A program made the translations under genes and the position numbers. A DNA stretch of 64,000 nucleotides from Candidatus Hadarchaeales archaeon (GTDB taxonomy: Archaea > Hadarchaeota > Hadarchaeia > Hadarchaeales > WYZ-LMO6). The stretch is from positions 285,314-349,313 of the forward strand of contig JAVYML010000003.1 of assembly GCA_038736355.1 (NCBI GenBank), read 5' to 3'. This document shows, piece by piece, positions 43,604 through 51,950 of the stretch; the first letter of the stretch is position 1; each line of letters starts with the position of its first letter. The notes beneath the pieces were generated by a model. The model had not been told where the DNA came from. It ran no database searches and was given only the letters and a program-made list of their open reading frames with translations.

Positions 43604-44674
43604 ATGGAAGCGAAGCCCAAGGTCTTCGGCCATCTCCTCAAGGAGGTGGTGAGGGCAGGGTTTTGTGCCGGATGTGCAGCTTGTGTGGTTTCCTGTGAGC
43701 CGGGCGTGCTGGGTTTCGAAAGGGAACCCAAGATTTTAGGGAAGTGCACTTCCTGTGGTCTTTGCTACTCCGTTTGTCCCCAAACCCCCACCTCCAAATC
43801 CCTGTTCGAGCCCTTAACCGGAGCCCAATGCGATCCTTCCGTGGGCAGCTTCAAGGAAGCCCTTTCCGTACGCTCGACCGATGAGGAGGTTCTGAAGAGA
43901 TGTCAGGATGGGGGGGCGGTTTCCTCCCTCCTCCTCTCCCTGCTCGAGGGAGGCCACATCGATGGAGCCCTGCTGATGGGAGTGGGCAAGGAACCCTGGA
44001 AACCCGAAGCCAGACTGGCAAAAACGAGGGAAGAAATCCTGGAAGCGGCCGGCACGAAGTATACGCGCGGTCCCCTCTTCCTTCCCTTAAAGAATGCCGA
44101 CGGCTTCCAGCGCCTGACCGTGGTGGGCGTACCCTGCCAGGTGAAAGCGGTCAGGAAAATACAGAGGGGGGAACTTCCCTACCCAAAGCTGGGGGAAAAG
44201 ATCTGGTTGGTGATCGGTCTCTTCTGTATGGAATCCTTCGACCATTCGAAACTGGGTGAGTTCCTGAAGGAGAGGATGGGGGTAAGTTTCGAGGAGGTGG
44301 CGAAGTTCGACATAAAGAAGGGCAAGTTCATCTGCAGGCTGAAAAACGGCGAAAGCAGGGAAATTGAAGTGAAGGCCCTTCACGATTGCGTCAATCCTTC
44401 CTGCTTCCTTTGCACCGACTTCACTTCCGAGCTGGCCGACCTCTCGGTGGGTGCGGTGGGTTCACCCTTGGGCAGGTCCACCGTTCTCGTCAGGACCCAG
44501 CGGGGTGAAGAAGCCTTGGAAATCCTGCGCCGCTCCGGAAAGGCCGAAATCAAGCCCCTAGCCGACTTCAAGCCCGGAATAGAGGGAGTGAAGAAGGTGG
44601 CTGGGGTGAAGAGGACGAGTGCGGAAAAGGAAAGGGAAAAAAGGAAGGAAGAGGGCAAGTCTCCTTCTCCCTAA
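43604..44674 (+). CDS. coenzyme F420 hydrogenase/dehydrogenase beta-subunit family protein (FrhB/FdhB/FpoF-like) with N-terminal 2x[4Fe-4S]
   Basis: 356 aa. CAGCAACVVSCEP and CTSCGLCYSVCP, then FrhB-type regions (GGAVSSLLLSLL, GVPCQV, CTDFTSELADLSVG). Lys/Glu-rich 30-aa tail. Confidence 0.8.
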   Translation: MEAKPKVFGHLLKEVVRAGFCAGCAACVVSCEPGVLGFEREPKILGKCTSCGLCYSVCPQTPTSKSLFEPLTGAQCDPSVGSFKEALSVRSTDEEVLKRCQDGGAVSSLLLSLLEGGHIDGALLMGVGKEPWKPEARLAKTREEILEAAGTKYTRGPLFLPLKNADGFQRLTVVGVPCQVKAVRKIQRGELPYPKLGEKIWLVIGLFCMESFDHSKLGEFLKERMGVSFEEVAKFDIKKGKFICRLKNGESREIEVKALHDCVNPSCFLCTDFTSELADLSVGAVGSPLGRSTVLVRTQRGEEALEILRRSGKAEIKPLADFKPGIEGVKKVAGVKRTSAEKEREKRKEEGKSPSP

Positions 44675-44713
44675 ACAAGCTTTTTTGATTGACCGAGAAA
44701 AGTTTCGGGAAAC

Positions 44714-45025
44714 ATGGTAGTGGCCGAGATTTCCGTCCTTCCCTTGGGAACGGGGAGTCCCTCCCTCAGTGATTACGTGGCCAAAGCCGTGGAAGTGCTG
44801 AGGAAGAGGGGGCTCAAATATCAAGTAACGGCCATGGGCACCCTCGTGGAGGGAGAACTGGGTGAAATCCTAGAAGCCGTGAGGGAAATGCACGAGGCGG
44901 TGCTGGAAGCCGGGGCCCAGAGGGTGATCACCACCCTCAAGGTGGATGAGAGGAGGGACAAACCCCTCTCCCTCGAGGGCAAGGTGGAGGCCGTCAGGAA
45001 GAGGCTGGAGGAAGGTAGGACATGA
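44714..45025 (+). CDS. MTH1187/YkoF-family thiamine-binding protein
   Basis: 103 aa. MVVAEISVLPLGTGSPSLSDYVAKAVEVL is the family-typical start. Confidence 0.75.
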   Translation: MVVAEISVLPLGTGSPSLSDYVAKAVEVLRKRGLKYQVTAMGTLVEGELGEILEAVREMHEAVLEAGAQRVITTLKVDERRDKPLSLEGKVEAVRKRLEEGRT

Positions 45026-45861
45026 AGATGGATTTGGAGTGTTTTCCCTGCCTCTTGAGGCAGGCAGTGGAAGCCGCCTGCCTAGCCACGGAAGAGGAAG
45101 GGAAGAGGAGAGAAGTGGTGAGGGAAGTCCTCAGGATTTTGAGGGAAGTATCTCCCGAGAGCTCTCCACCACAGGTCTGTTTGAAGGTGCACGAGGAAGT
45201 GAAGAGGATCACGGGTAACGCCGATCCCTACAGGGAGGTGAAGAGGAACTTCAACCTTCTCGCCAAGGAGATGTATCCGGAGCTCAGGAGGATGGTGGAA
45301 AACTCCCAAGACGGTTTCCTAACTGCCGTAAAGCTAGCCATAGCGGGAAACGTGATAGATGTGGGTCCAGGTATGGTTTTCGATCTCAGGAGGGTGGTCT
45401 CGGAGGTGATGGCCAAGGATTTCAAGACAAATCATGTGGAGTTCCTCAGGGAAGAGCTGAAGAAGAGCAAAACCGTGCTCTATCTTGCCGACAATGCGGG
45501 GGAGGTCCTCTTCGACAGGCTTCTGATAGAAACCCTCCAAAACAAGCATGTGATTTATGTGGTGAAAAAGGATCCCCTTCTCAACGATGCCTCCAGGGAA
45601 GATGCGGAGTTTGCGGGCATCCAAGAACTGGCGGAAATCTTGGAAATAGAACTCGATCCCGAAACCATCTACACCCCTTCTCAGGCAGAGTTCCTGAAGA
45701 AGGCGGAAGTGGTGGTGAGCAAGGGCCAGGGAAATTACGAGACCCTGGAAGGAACGGGAGCCAACCTCTTCTACCTCCTCATGATAAAGTGCCCCGTAGT
45801 AGCCAAGAGACTCGGGGGAAAGGTGGGAGACCTGGTGGTAAAGGGTGAGAGATTTGGGTGA
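45022..45861 (+). CDS. DUF89/ARMT1-like damage-control phosphatase
   Basis: 279 aa. LECFPCLLRQA start, DNAGE and KGQGNYETL motifs. Confidence 0.75.
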   Translation: MKMDLECFPCLLRQAVEAACLATEEEGKRREVVREVLRILREVSPESSPPQVCLKVHEEVKRITGNADPYREVKRNFNLLAKEMYPELRRMVENSQDGFLTAVKLAIAGNVIDVGPGMVFDLRRVVSEVMAKDFKTNHVEFLREELKKSKTVLYLADNAGEVLFDRLLIETLQNKHVIYVVKKDPLLNDASREDAEFAGIQELAEILEIELDPETIYTPSQAEFLKKAEVVVSKGQGNYETLEGTGANLFYLLMIKCPVVAKRLGGKVGDLVVKGERFG

Positions 45862-46927
45862 AATCGATTCCGAGGAAATGGGGAGGTTGGATGAGGAGAC
45901 GGAAAAGTTTGGAGTTCCCAGGCTTCTCCTGATGGAAAATGCGGGAAGCTCGGTAGCCAAGTTCATCCTCAGAACCTTTGGAAAGAGAAGGGTGCTCATC
46001 TTCTGCGGAACAGGAAACAATGGGGGAGATGGTTTGGTGGCGGCCAGGCATCTAGCCTCCTATGGTGTGAAGGTGGGAGTGGTGATGGTGGGGGATCCTT
46101 CCAAGATCAGGACCCCAGAGGCCCGTCTGAATTGGGAAGTGGTGAGGAAGATGGAAAGCGTGGAGAAGATCCTCCTGGAGGAGCTGGAGAAGAGGGAGGG
46201 AAAGGGGTGGGAAGTGATAGTGGATGCCATGCTCGGAACGGGAGTGAGGGGAAGCCTGAGGGAACCCTACCTTTCGGCCGTAAGATGGATCAATCGGTCC
46301 GGTCTTCCGGTGGTGGCCGTGGATACTCCCACAGGCCTCGACCCTTCCACGGGAGAGATATGCGGGGAGGCCGTAAAGGCCACCTTCACCCTGACCTTCC
46401 ACAGGATGAAGAAGGGACTCCCCAAGGCCCCCCATTACACGGGTAACCTCTTGGTGGAGGGAATAGGTATCCCTCCTGAAGCGGAAAAAATGGCGCTGGG
46501 CTCCCTCCCCCCTCCTCCCTCCCCAGAACCCGCCTGCCTGGTGAGTGCCTGTTTGCTTGGTGTGAGATGCAGGTGGGACGGGAAGGAAAAGGAGGAGCCA
46601 AAGGTGAGGGGACTGGTGGGAAGAAGGATGATGGTTCCCATCTGTCCGGAGGTGCTGGGAGGATTGGGTATTCCCAGAGAACCCATGAAGTTGACCGGGA
46701 AGGGTGAAGAGGTGTGGGAGGGAAAGGCCAAGGTCCTGACGGAGGGGGGAAGGGATGTGACGGAGGAAATGAAGAGGGGGGCAAAGGAAGTTCTGAAGGT
46801 AGCCGAGATCCTGGGGATAAGGGAGGCACTGCTGAAGGAAAGGAGTCCCTCCTGCGGTAGGGAGGGTGTGACGGCCACCCTCCTCCGGAGGGAAGGTTTC
46901 CTCCTGAGGTGGGAGGATGAACTTTGA
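45845..46927 (+). CDS. fusion of NAD(P)H-hydrate epimerase (YjeF_N) and a DUF523/TudS-like domain
   Basis: N-terminal half: LLMENAGSSVA, CGTGNNGGDG, DAMLGTG, VAVDTPTG. C-terminal half: SACLLGVRCRWDGK, ICPEVLGGLGIPREP and ERSPSCG, the Cys signature of the DUF523 (2-thiouracil desulfurase-like) family. Confidence 0.7.
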   Translation: MRDLGEIDSEEMGRLDEETEKFGVPRLLLMENAGSSVAKFILRTFGKRRVLIFCGTGNNGGDGLVAARHLASYGVKVGVVMVGDPSKIRTPEARLNWEVVRKMESVEKILLEELEKREGKGWEVIVDAMLGTGVRGSLREPYLSAVRWINRSGLPVVAVDTPTGLDPSTGEICGEAVKATFTLTFHRMKKGLPKAPHYTGNLLVEGIGIPPEAEKMALGSLPPPPSPEPACLVSACLLGVRCRWDGKEKEEPKVRGLVGRRMMVPICPEVLGGLGIPREPMKLTGKGEEVWEGKAKVLTEGGRDVTEEMKRGAKEVLKVAEILGIREALLKERSPSCGREGVTATLLRREGFLLRWEDEL

Positions 46928-48251
46928 CATCGTCGTGGTGGGTGGAAGCTCCAGCGGGATAGCCGCTGCCCTCACCGCCGCCCGCAGACATCCGGATAAA
47001 AACATTGCCGTCGTGAGGAGGGAGGAAAAGGCTCTTGTTCCCTGTTCCCTCCCCTATCTCTTCCACACCCTTGACTCCCCCCTCAAGGCCCTCATCTCCG
47101 ATGAGGTCCTCTCGAAGGTTGGGGTGGAGCTCCTGATCGCCGAGGTCACTTCCCTGAAGAGGGAGGAACAAAAACTCCTAACCTCGGAGGGGGAAGTGAG
47201 GTACCAGCGCCTCATTTTGGCCACGGGTTCCCTTCCCCTCCCTCCCCCCTTCCCCGGAGGGGAGAAGGAAAGGGTCTTCGTGATGAGGAAGGAACTGGAA
47301 TACGTGGAGAAGATGAGGGCCTCCCTCCGGAAGGCGGGGGAAGTGGTAATCGTGGGGGGAGGCTTCGTGGGAGTGGAGCTGGCGGAAGAATTGGCCAAAG
47401 CTGGGAAAAAAGTGAAAGTGGTGGAGCTCCTGCCCCGCTGTCTTTCCTCGGGCTTCGATGAAGAGGTGAGCATGGAAGTGGAGAGGGTCTTGAGGGAAAG
47501 GGGGGTAGAGATCCTCACGGGAAAAAGGGTGAAAGAGGTGATGGGAAAGGAAGAGGCCGAAGGAGTAAGGCTGGAGAGCGGGGAGGAACTATCCGCCGAC
47601 ATGGTGGTGGTTTCCACCGGTCTCTCCCCTGAAGTAAAACTGGCGAGGGAAGGTGGATTGGTCCTCGGCCCCACGGGTGGAATCGCGGTGGACGAATACC
47701 AACGTACCTCCGATCCCCACATCCTCGCCTGTGGGGACTGCGCGGAGAAGAGGTCTTTTTTTACCGGTAAACCCGTTAAACTCATGCTCGCCTCCATCGG
47801 GGCCTTGGAGGGGAGAATTGCCGGCTCCAACCCCTTCCATAACCGAAGGAAAAATCCTGGGGTGATAGGAACTTTCCTGACCACGGTGGGTGAAACCGTC
47901 TTTGCCTCCACGGGTTTGACGGAAGAAATGGCAAAAAGGGAGGGCTTCCGTGTCCTGGTGGGAAGGGCCTCTTCCTCCACCAGACATCCCAAACATCTTC
48001 CCGGGGCCTCCACCCTGAAGGTCAAGCTAGTGTGCGAAGAAGGAACAGGTCTGCTCCTCGGAGGACAGGTGGTGGGGGGGAGGGAAACGGCGGAACTCAT
48101 CAACCTCCTCGGCGCCTACCTTCTCCAAAGGGCCAAGGTGGAAGATCTCTCCCTCCTCCAGCACGGCACCCATCCCCTCCTCACCCCCTCTCCCGTAGCC
48201 CATTCCCTCCACCAGGCCGCGGAAGAGGTGATGGATAGAATGCATTTTTAG
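46917..48251 (+). CDS. FAD-dependent pyridine nucleotide-disulfide oxidoreductase (NADH oxidase / CoA-disulfide reductase family)
   Basis: 444 aa. FDIVVVGGSSSG and VVIVGGGFVGVE dinucleotide motifs. Single redox Cys in LVPCSLPY. ACGDCAE. Confidence 0.85.
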   Translation: MNFDIVVVGGSSSGIAAALTAARRHPDKNIAVVRREEKALVPCSLPYLFHTLDSPLKALISDEVLSKVGVELLIAEVTSLKREEQKLLTSEGEVRYQRLILATGSLPLPPPFPGGEKERVFVMRKELEYVEKMRASLRKAGEVVIVGGGFVGVELAEELAKAGKKVKVVELLPRCLSSGFDEEVSMEVERVLRERGVEILTGKRVKEVMGKEEAEGVRLESGEELSADMVVVSTGLSPEVKLAREGGLVLGPTGGIAVDEYQRTSDPHILACGDCAEKRSFFTGKPVKLMLASIGALEGRIAGSNPFHNRRKNPGVIGTFLTTVGETVFASTGLTEEMAKREGFRVLVGRASSSTRHPKHLPGASTLKVKLVCEEGTGLLLGGQVVGGRETAELINLLGAYLLQRAKVEDLSLLQHGTHPLLTPSPVAHSLHQAAEEVMDRMHF

Positions 48252-48274
48252 AAGGGGAGGAAGAGTTCTACTCG

Positions 48275-49006
48275 ATGGAACCCATCTTGGAAGTTAGGGG
48301 ACTCAGGGCGGTAGTGGATGGAAGGGCGGTACTCAGGGGAGTGGATTTAACCATACCGAAGGGGGAAATCCATGCCCTGCTCGGACCCAACGCTTCGGGT
48401 AAGTCCTCCTTGGCCCAAATCCTGCTTGGCATGCCCACTTTCCAGGTGGTTTCTGGAACGATAAGGTTCAAGGGAAGGGAAGTGACCCATGAGCCCATGG
48501 AAGAAAGGGTGAAGATGGGGATGGCCCTGATGTTCCAGAATCCACCCGTGGTGAGGGGGGTGAAACTCGGAGACATCCTTAGGATCCTGAGCAAAAAAAC
48601 GGGAAACACCCACATAGCTAGGCTCGCCTCCCAGCTGCAGGTTGGGGAGGAACTCCTCCATCGAGACCTCAACTACGGCTTCTCCGGTGGGGAAAGGAAA
48701 AAGGCTGAGGCCCTCCAGGTGCTGGCCATGAACCCGGATTTCCTCATCCTCGACGAACCGGATTCGGGGGTGGATGTGGAGAACCTGGAGCTCATGGGAA
48801 GGGAACTCTCCAAGGCCCTGGAGGGAAAGTCCGCCCTCGTGATCACCCATACCAGCTATATCTTGAAGTACCTCAAACCAACGCAGGCCCACGTGATGAT
48901 AGAGGGAAGGATTGCCTGCCACGGAGATCCAGAAAAAATCCTGGAAACCATCCAAAGCAAGGGATACGAGTGGTGTAAGAGATGTCCGTCCGCGATGAGG
49001 AGCTGA
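48275..49006 (+). CDS. sufC: Fe-S cluster assembly ATPase SufC
   Basis: 243 aa. Walker A GPNASGKSS, signature FSGGERKK, Walker B LILDEPDSG, ITH. Confidence 0.9.
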   Translation: MEPILEVRGLRAVVDGRAVLRGVDLTIPKGEIHALLGPNASGKSSLAQILLGMPTFQVVSGTIRFKGREVTHEPMEERVKMGMALMFQNPPVVRGVKLGDILRILSKKTGNTHIARLASQLQVGEELLHRDLNYGFSGGERKKAEALQVLAMNPDFLILDEPDSGVDVENLELMGRELSKALEGKSALVITHTSYILKYLKPTQAHVMIEGRIACHGDPEKILETIQSKGYEWCKRCPSAMRS

Positions 49007-50178
49007 GGGAAGCCCTCAGGAAACCTTCCCCTTACGGACCCGATTTGGATCTCTCCTCTTATCTCGTGGAAGCTGGAGAACCGGAAAAACCGGGGGAAGA
49101 GGTTTCTTCCGTGGGGGTAGACCCCAGGGGGGAAGGGAGGGCGGGAAGTTTCATACAGGTGGATCACTCCACCCTCTACGCCCAGATCCACAGGATGTAC
49201 GAGGATAGCTTGGAGATTCTGAGCTTCGAGGAAGCCCTGAGGAGGCACGACTGGCTCCAAGAGTACGTGTGGAAGGCCGTGAGCCCCACGGCGGACAAGT
49301 ACACCGCCTTCACCGCCTTGAAGGGAAAGGGGGGATACTTCATACGGGTGCTGGAGGGAAAAGAGGTGGTGCTACCCCTTCAGGCCTGTCTTTACCTCCG
49401 CACCAAGAACCTGCTACAGGCCGTCCACAACATCATCCTCATGGAAAGGGACTCCTCCGCCCAGCTCCTCACGGGCTGCCTCACCCATCCTCAGGTCGAG
49501 AGGGGCTTTCACATAGGAGTCTCCGAGTTCTACTTGAAAAGGGGATCCAAGCTCACCTTTACCATGGTCCACAACTGGGGACCAAAAGTAGATGTGAGAC
49601 CAAGGACGGGGGTGATAATGGAGGATGAGAGTACCTTCGTGAGCAACTACATTTGCCTCACTCCCGTAGCCTCCCTTCAGGCCTTCCCCAGGGTGAGGAT
49701 GATGGGAAAAAAAGCCTCCGCCTCCCTCAACTCCATCGTTTACGGAAGGGGAACTTCCCTGTACGACTTGGGTGGATGGATAGAGATGATAGGGTCTTCC
49801 AACAAAGGAGAAATTCTGGGAAGAACGGTCACGGCAGAGGAGGCCAAGGTGGTGATGAGGGCCAGGCTCACCAGCTTGGGAGGAGACAATGTGGGGCATG
49901 TAGAGTGCAACGGACTCATGCTTTCACCCCAGTCGGAGATCTCCGCCACTCCGGAGCTCGTCTCCAAGAGTTCCACTTCCACCCTCACCCACGAAGCCGC
50001 GGTGGGAAAGCTCAACGAAGAACAGGTGCTCTACCTCATGTCGAGGGGGCTGGAAAGGAAGGAAGCGGAGGATCTCCTCATCAGGGGCTTTCTGGACGTG
50101 AGGATCCTTAAGCTTCCCGAGTTCCTCCAGCAACAGGTGGAACGCATCGTCCAGCTGGCCATGGGAAGGGGGCTGTAG
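48982..50178 (+). CDS. sufB: Fe-S cluster assembly scaffold SufB/SufD family
   Basis: 398 aa. Beta-helix core with ...THEAAVGKLNEEQVLYLMSRGL...A..L.. C-terminal motif. Overlaps the sufC end. Confidence 0.85.
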   Translation: MSVRDEELREALRKPSPYGPDLDLSSYLVEAGEPEKPGEEVSSVGVDPRGEGRAGSFIQVDHSTLYAQIHRMYEDSLEILSFEEALRRHDWLQEYVWKAVSPTADKYTAFTALKGKGGYFIRVLEGKEVVLPLQACLYLRTKNLLQAVHNIILMERDSSAQLLTGCLTHPQVERGFHIGVSEFYLKRGSKLTFTMVHNWGPKVDVRPRTGVIMEDESTFVSNYICLTPVASLQAFPRVRMMGKKASASLNSIVYGRGTSLYDLGGWIEMIGSSNKGEILGRTVTAEEAKVVMRARLTSLGGDNVGHVECNGLMLSPQSEISATPELVSKSSTSTLTHEAAVGKLNEEQVLYLMSRGLERKEAEDLLIRGFLDVRILKLPEFLQQQVERIVQLAMGRGL

Positions 50179-50181
50179 CCC

Positions 50182-50382
50182 ATGAAGGTAAGGGTCAGGT
50201 TCGAGGGAAGGGAGAGGGAGATGGAGGTAAAAGAAGGAACAACCGTGGAGGAGCTTCTGGAGAGGTTGGGATACGACAGGGAGAGCGTGCTGGTCAGGAA
50301 AGGGAAAAAGCTGGTCGTGGAGGAGGAGGAGCTTTCCGAAGGGGATGAGCTGGAAATCATCAGGGTGGTCACGGGGGGCTGA
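50182..50382 (+). CDS. MoaD/ThiS-family ubiquitin-like sulfur carrier (ends ...VTGG)
   Basis: 66 aa. Beta-grasp-like sequence with a C-terminal Gly-Gly directly before the stop. Confidence 0.75.
   Translation: MKVRVRFEGREREMEVKEGTTVEELLERLGYDRESVLVRKGKKLVVEEEELSEGDELEIIRVVTGG
50373..50379 (+). other. G GGG GGC heptamer (X XXY YYZ form) at the last two codons of the sulfur-carrier gene
   Basis: The zero-frame codons are ACG GGG GGC TGA. A -1 shift here enters the TtuA/NcsA frame (GGG GGG CTG AGG ACG CCA CGC TGC...). Confidence 0.5.
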
Positions 50383-51308
50383 GGACGCCACGCTGCACCC
50401 TCTGCGGACGCTCTGCCGTTTATCACAGGAGGTACGCGGGGGTTTTCCTCTGTGACAGGTGCTTCGTGAGGAGCGTGGAGGGGAGGTTCAGGAGGGCGGT
50501 TTACGAGGGGAGGATGGCCCTTCCCGGGGAAAGAATAGGAGTGGCCGTTTCAGGAGGAAAAGACAGTGTCTCCCTCCTCTATCTCATGACCGAGCTGGGG
50601 AGGATGAAGAAGTTCAGGGTGGTGGCACTCTCGGTGGATGAGGGGATAGGAGGATACAGGGAAGAATCCCTTCTCTGCGCGAGGGAGGCTTCCTCTTCCC
50701 TGGGGGTGGAGCACAGGATCCTGAGCTTCAGGGAGAGCTTCGGGGCCACGCTGGACGAAATGGTGGAACTGGCTGAGGAAAGGAAAACTGGACTCGACCC
50801 CTGCACTTACTGCGGGGTGATGAGGAGATACCTGCTGAACAAGATGGCCAGGGAAGCCGGGGTGACGAGGGTGGCCACGGGACACAACCTCGACGATGAA
50901 GTGCAGACCATCCTCCTCAACTACCTCAGGGGTGACCTCTCCAGGCTCCTCAGGTTGGGGCCAGCCTATTCCTCTAGGGAGGGTTTTGTTCCAAGGGTTA
51001 AGCCGCTGAGGGAGATTCCGGAAAGGGAGGTGGCCGCGTATGCCCTCCTTCGTGGACTCAAAGTCCATCTGGGACAATGCCCCTACGCGAGGGGAATCCA
51101 CGCGGAGGTGAGGGATTTCCTGAACAGGCTCGAGAGCAGGCACCCGAACTGCAAGTTCGGGATTCTCAGGACCTTCGAGAAGTTGAAGGCAAGCATGATC
51201 GGGGATAAACCGGAAGTGGAACTGGGGGAATGCGAGGTGTGTGGGGAACCCACGCCAGCGAAGGTATGTAGGACCTGCGAGTTGCTGAGGGGACTGGGAC
51301 TGAGATGA
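50379..51308 (+). CDS. tRNA 2-thiolation PP-loop ATPase (TtuA/NcsA family); the N-terminus lies upstream of any canonical start codon
   Basis: SGGKDS PP-loop, Fe-S Cys (DPCTYCG, QCPY) and C-terminal zinc finger CEVCGEP...CRTCE. The N-terminal zinc finger RCTLCGRSAVYHRRYAGVFLCDRCF is encoded at 50391-50465. This is before the first ATG/GTG/TTG (GTG 50466) and after an in-frame stop at 50346. The start is therefore placed at CTG 50379 (CTGA overlap), or the protein is made by a -1 frameshift. Confidence 0.75.
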   Translation: MRTPRCTLCGRSAVYHRRYAGVFLCDRCFVRSVEGRFRRAVYEGRMALPGERIGVAVSGGKDSVSLLYLMTELGRMKKFRVVALSVDEGIGGYREESLLCAREASSSLGVEHRILSFRESFGATLDEMVELAEERKTGLDPCTYCGVMRRYLLNKMAREAGVTRVATGHNLDDEVQTILLNYLRGDLSRLLRLGPAYSSREGFVPRVKPLREIPEREVAAYALLRGLKVHLGQCPYARGIHAEVRDFLNRLESRHPNCKFGILRTFEKLKASMIGDKPEVELGECEVCGEPTPAKVCRTCELLRGLGLR

Positions 51309-51350
51309 TGAGACTGAATGAGTTAAAAATGGGATGGGAGAGGAGGAAGG

Positions 51351-51950
51351 ATGTTTGCCCAGGAAAGATGGAGCTGGGAAAACTGTAAGGAAGAGCTGAG
51401 GAGATTGAAGGGGAGAATGGGCTTCGGGGAAGAGATAAGGTTCCTAGGACTTCGCCTCTCCCTTGAGGACGGAACCATCTACGACGAGCTCAGGGGCCGT
51501 CCCTATCCCAGGGGACAGTTGAGGTGGGAGAGGATCTACTGCTTTCTAACCTACTACAGCAAGGCCGAACCCGTACCTGAAACCTCCAAACTCATCACCT
51601 CCAAGCAGCTGAAGGGGGGAGAGTATTGTCCGGACATGACCATCGAACGCTGCAAATCCCTCCTCTTGGAGAGGTTCGGCTCAAGGGGGGAAGAACTGGT
51701 GAAGGCGGCAAAAATCTTGGGTGGATCGGAAGTAAAGGTGGGATACGGGGATTATGCGGTGAGGATCAGATCCCTTCCCCTCGTTCCCGTCACCATCGTG
51801 CTCACGCTGGGAGATGAAGAGTTTCCCGCCTCGGTGGAGATCCTCTTCGACGAATCCGTCTCCAGCTATCTGGGGGCGGAGCAGGTCGGGATGCTCGCGG
51901 GAATTACCGTCGAGAGGTTGAGAGATGCGGGCGAACTCTTGAATCTTTAG
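51351..51950 (+). CDS. hypothetical protein (199 aa)
   Basis: Intact ORF with host-like composition. No motif that I can assign with confidence. Confidence 0.5.
   Translation: MFAQERWSWENCKEELRRLKGRMGFGEEIRFLGLRLSLEDGTIYDELRGRPYPRGQLRWERIYCFLTYYSKAEPVPETSKLITSKQLKGGEYCPDMTIERCKSLLLERFGSRGEELVKAAKILGGSEVKVGYGDYAVRIRSLPLVPVTIVLTLGDEEFPASVEILFDESVSSYLGAEQVGMLAGITVERLRDAGELLNL

Noticed and set aside
51303-51318. C/D-box sRNA-like strings (AUGAUGA followed by CUGA) in the ttuA/51351 spacer.
   Set aside because: The C-like and D-like boxes are separated by only 1 nt, so there is no room for a guide. No second box pair or terminal stem is present. The AUGAUGA also spans the ttuA stop codon.
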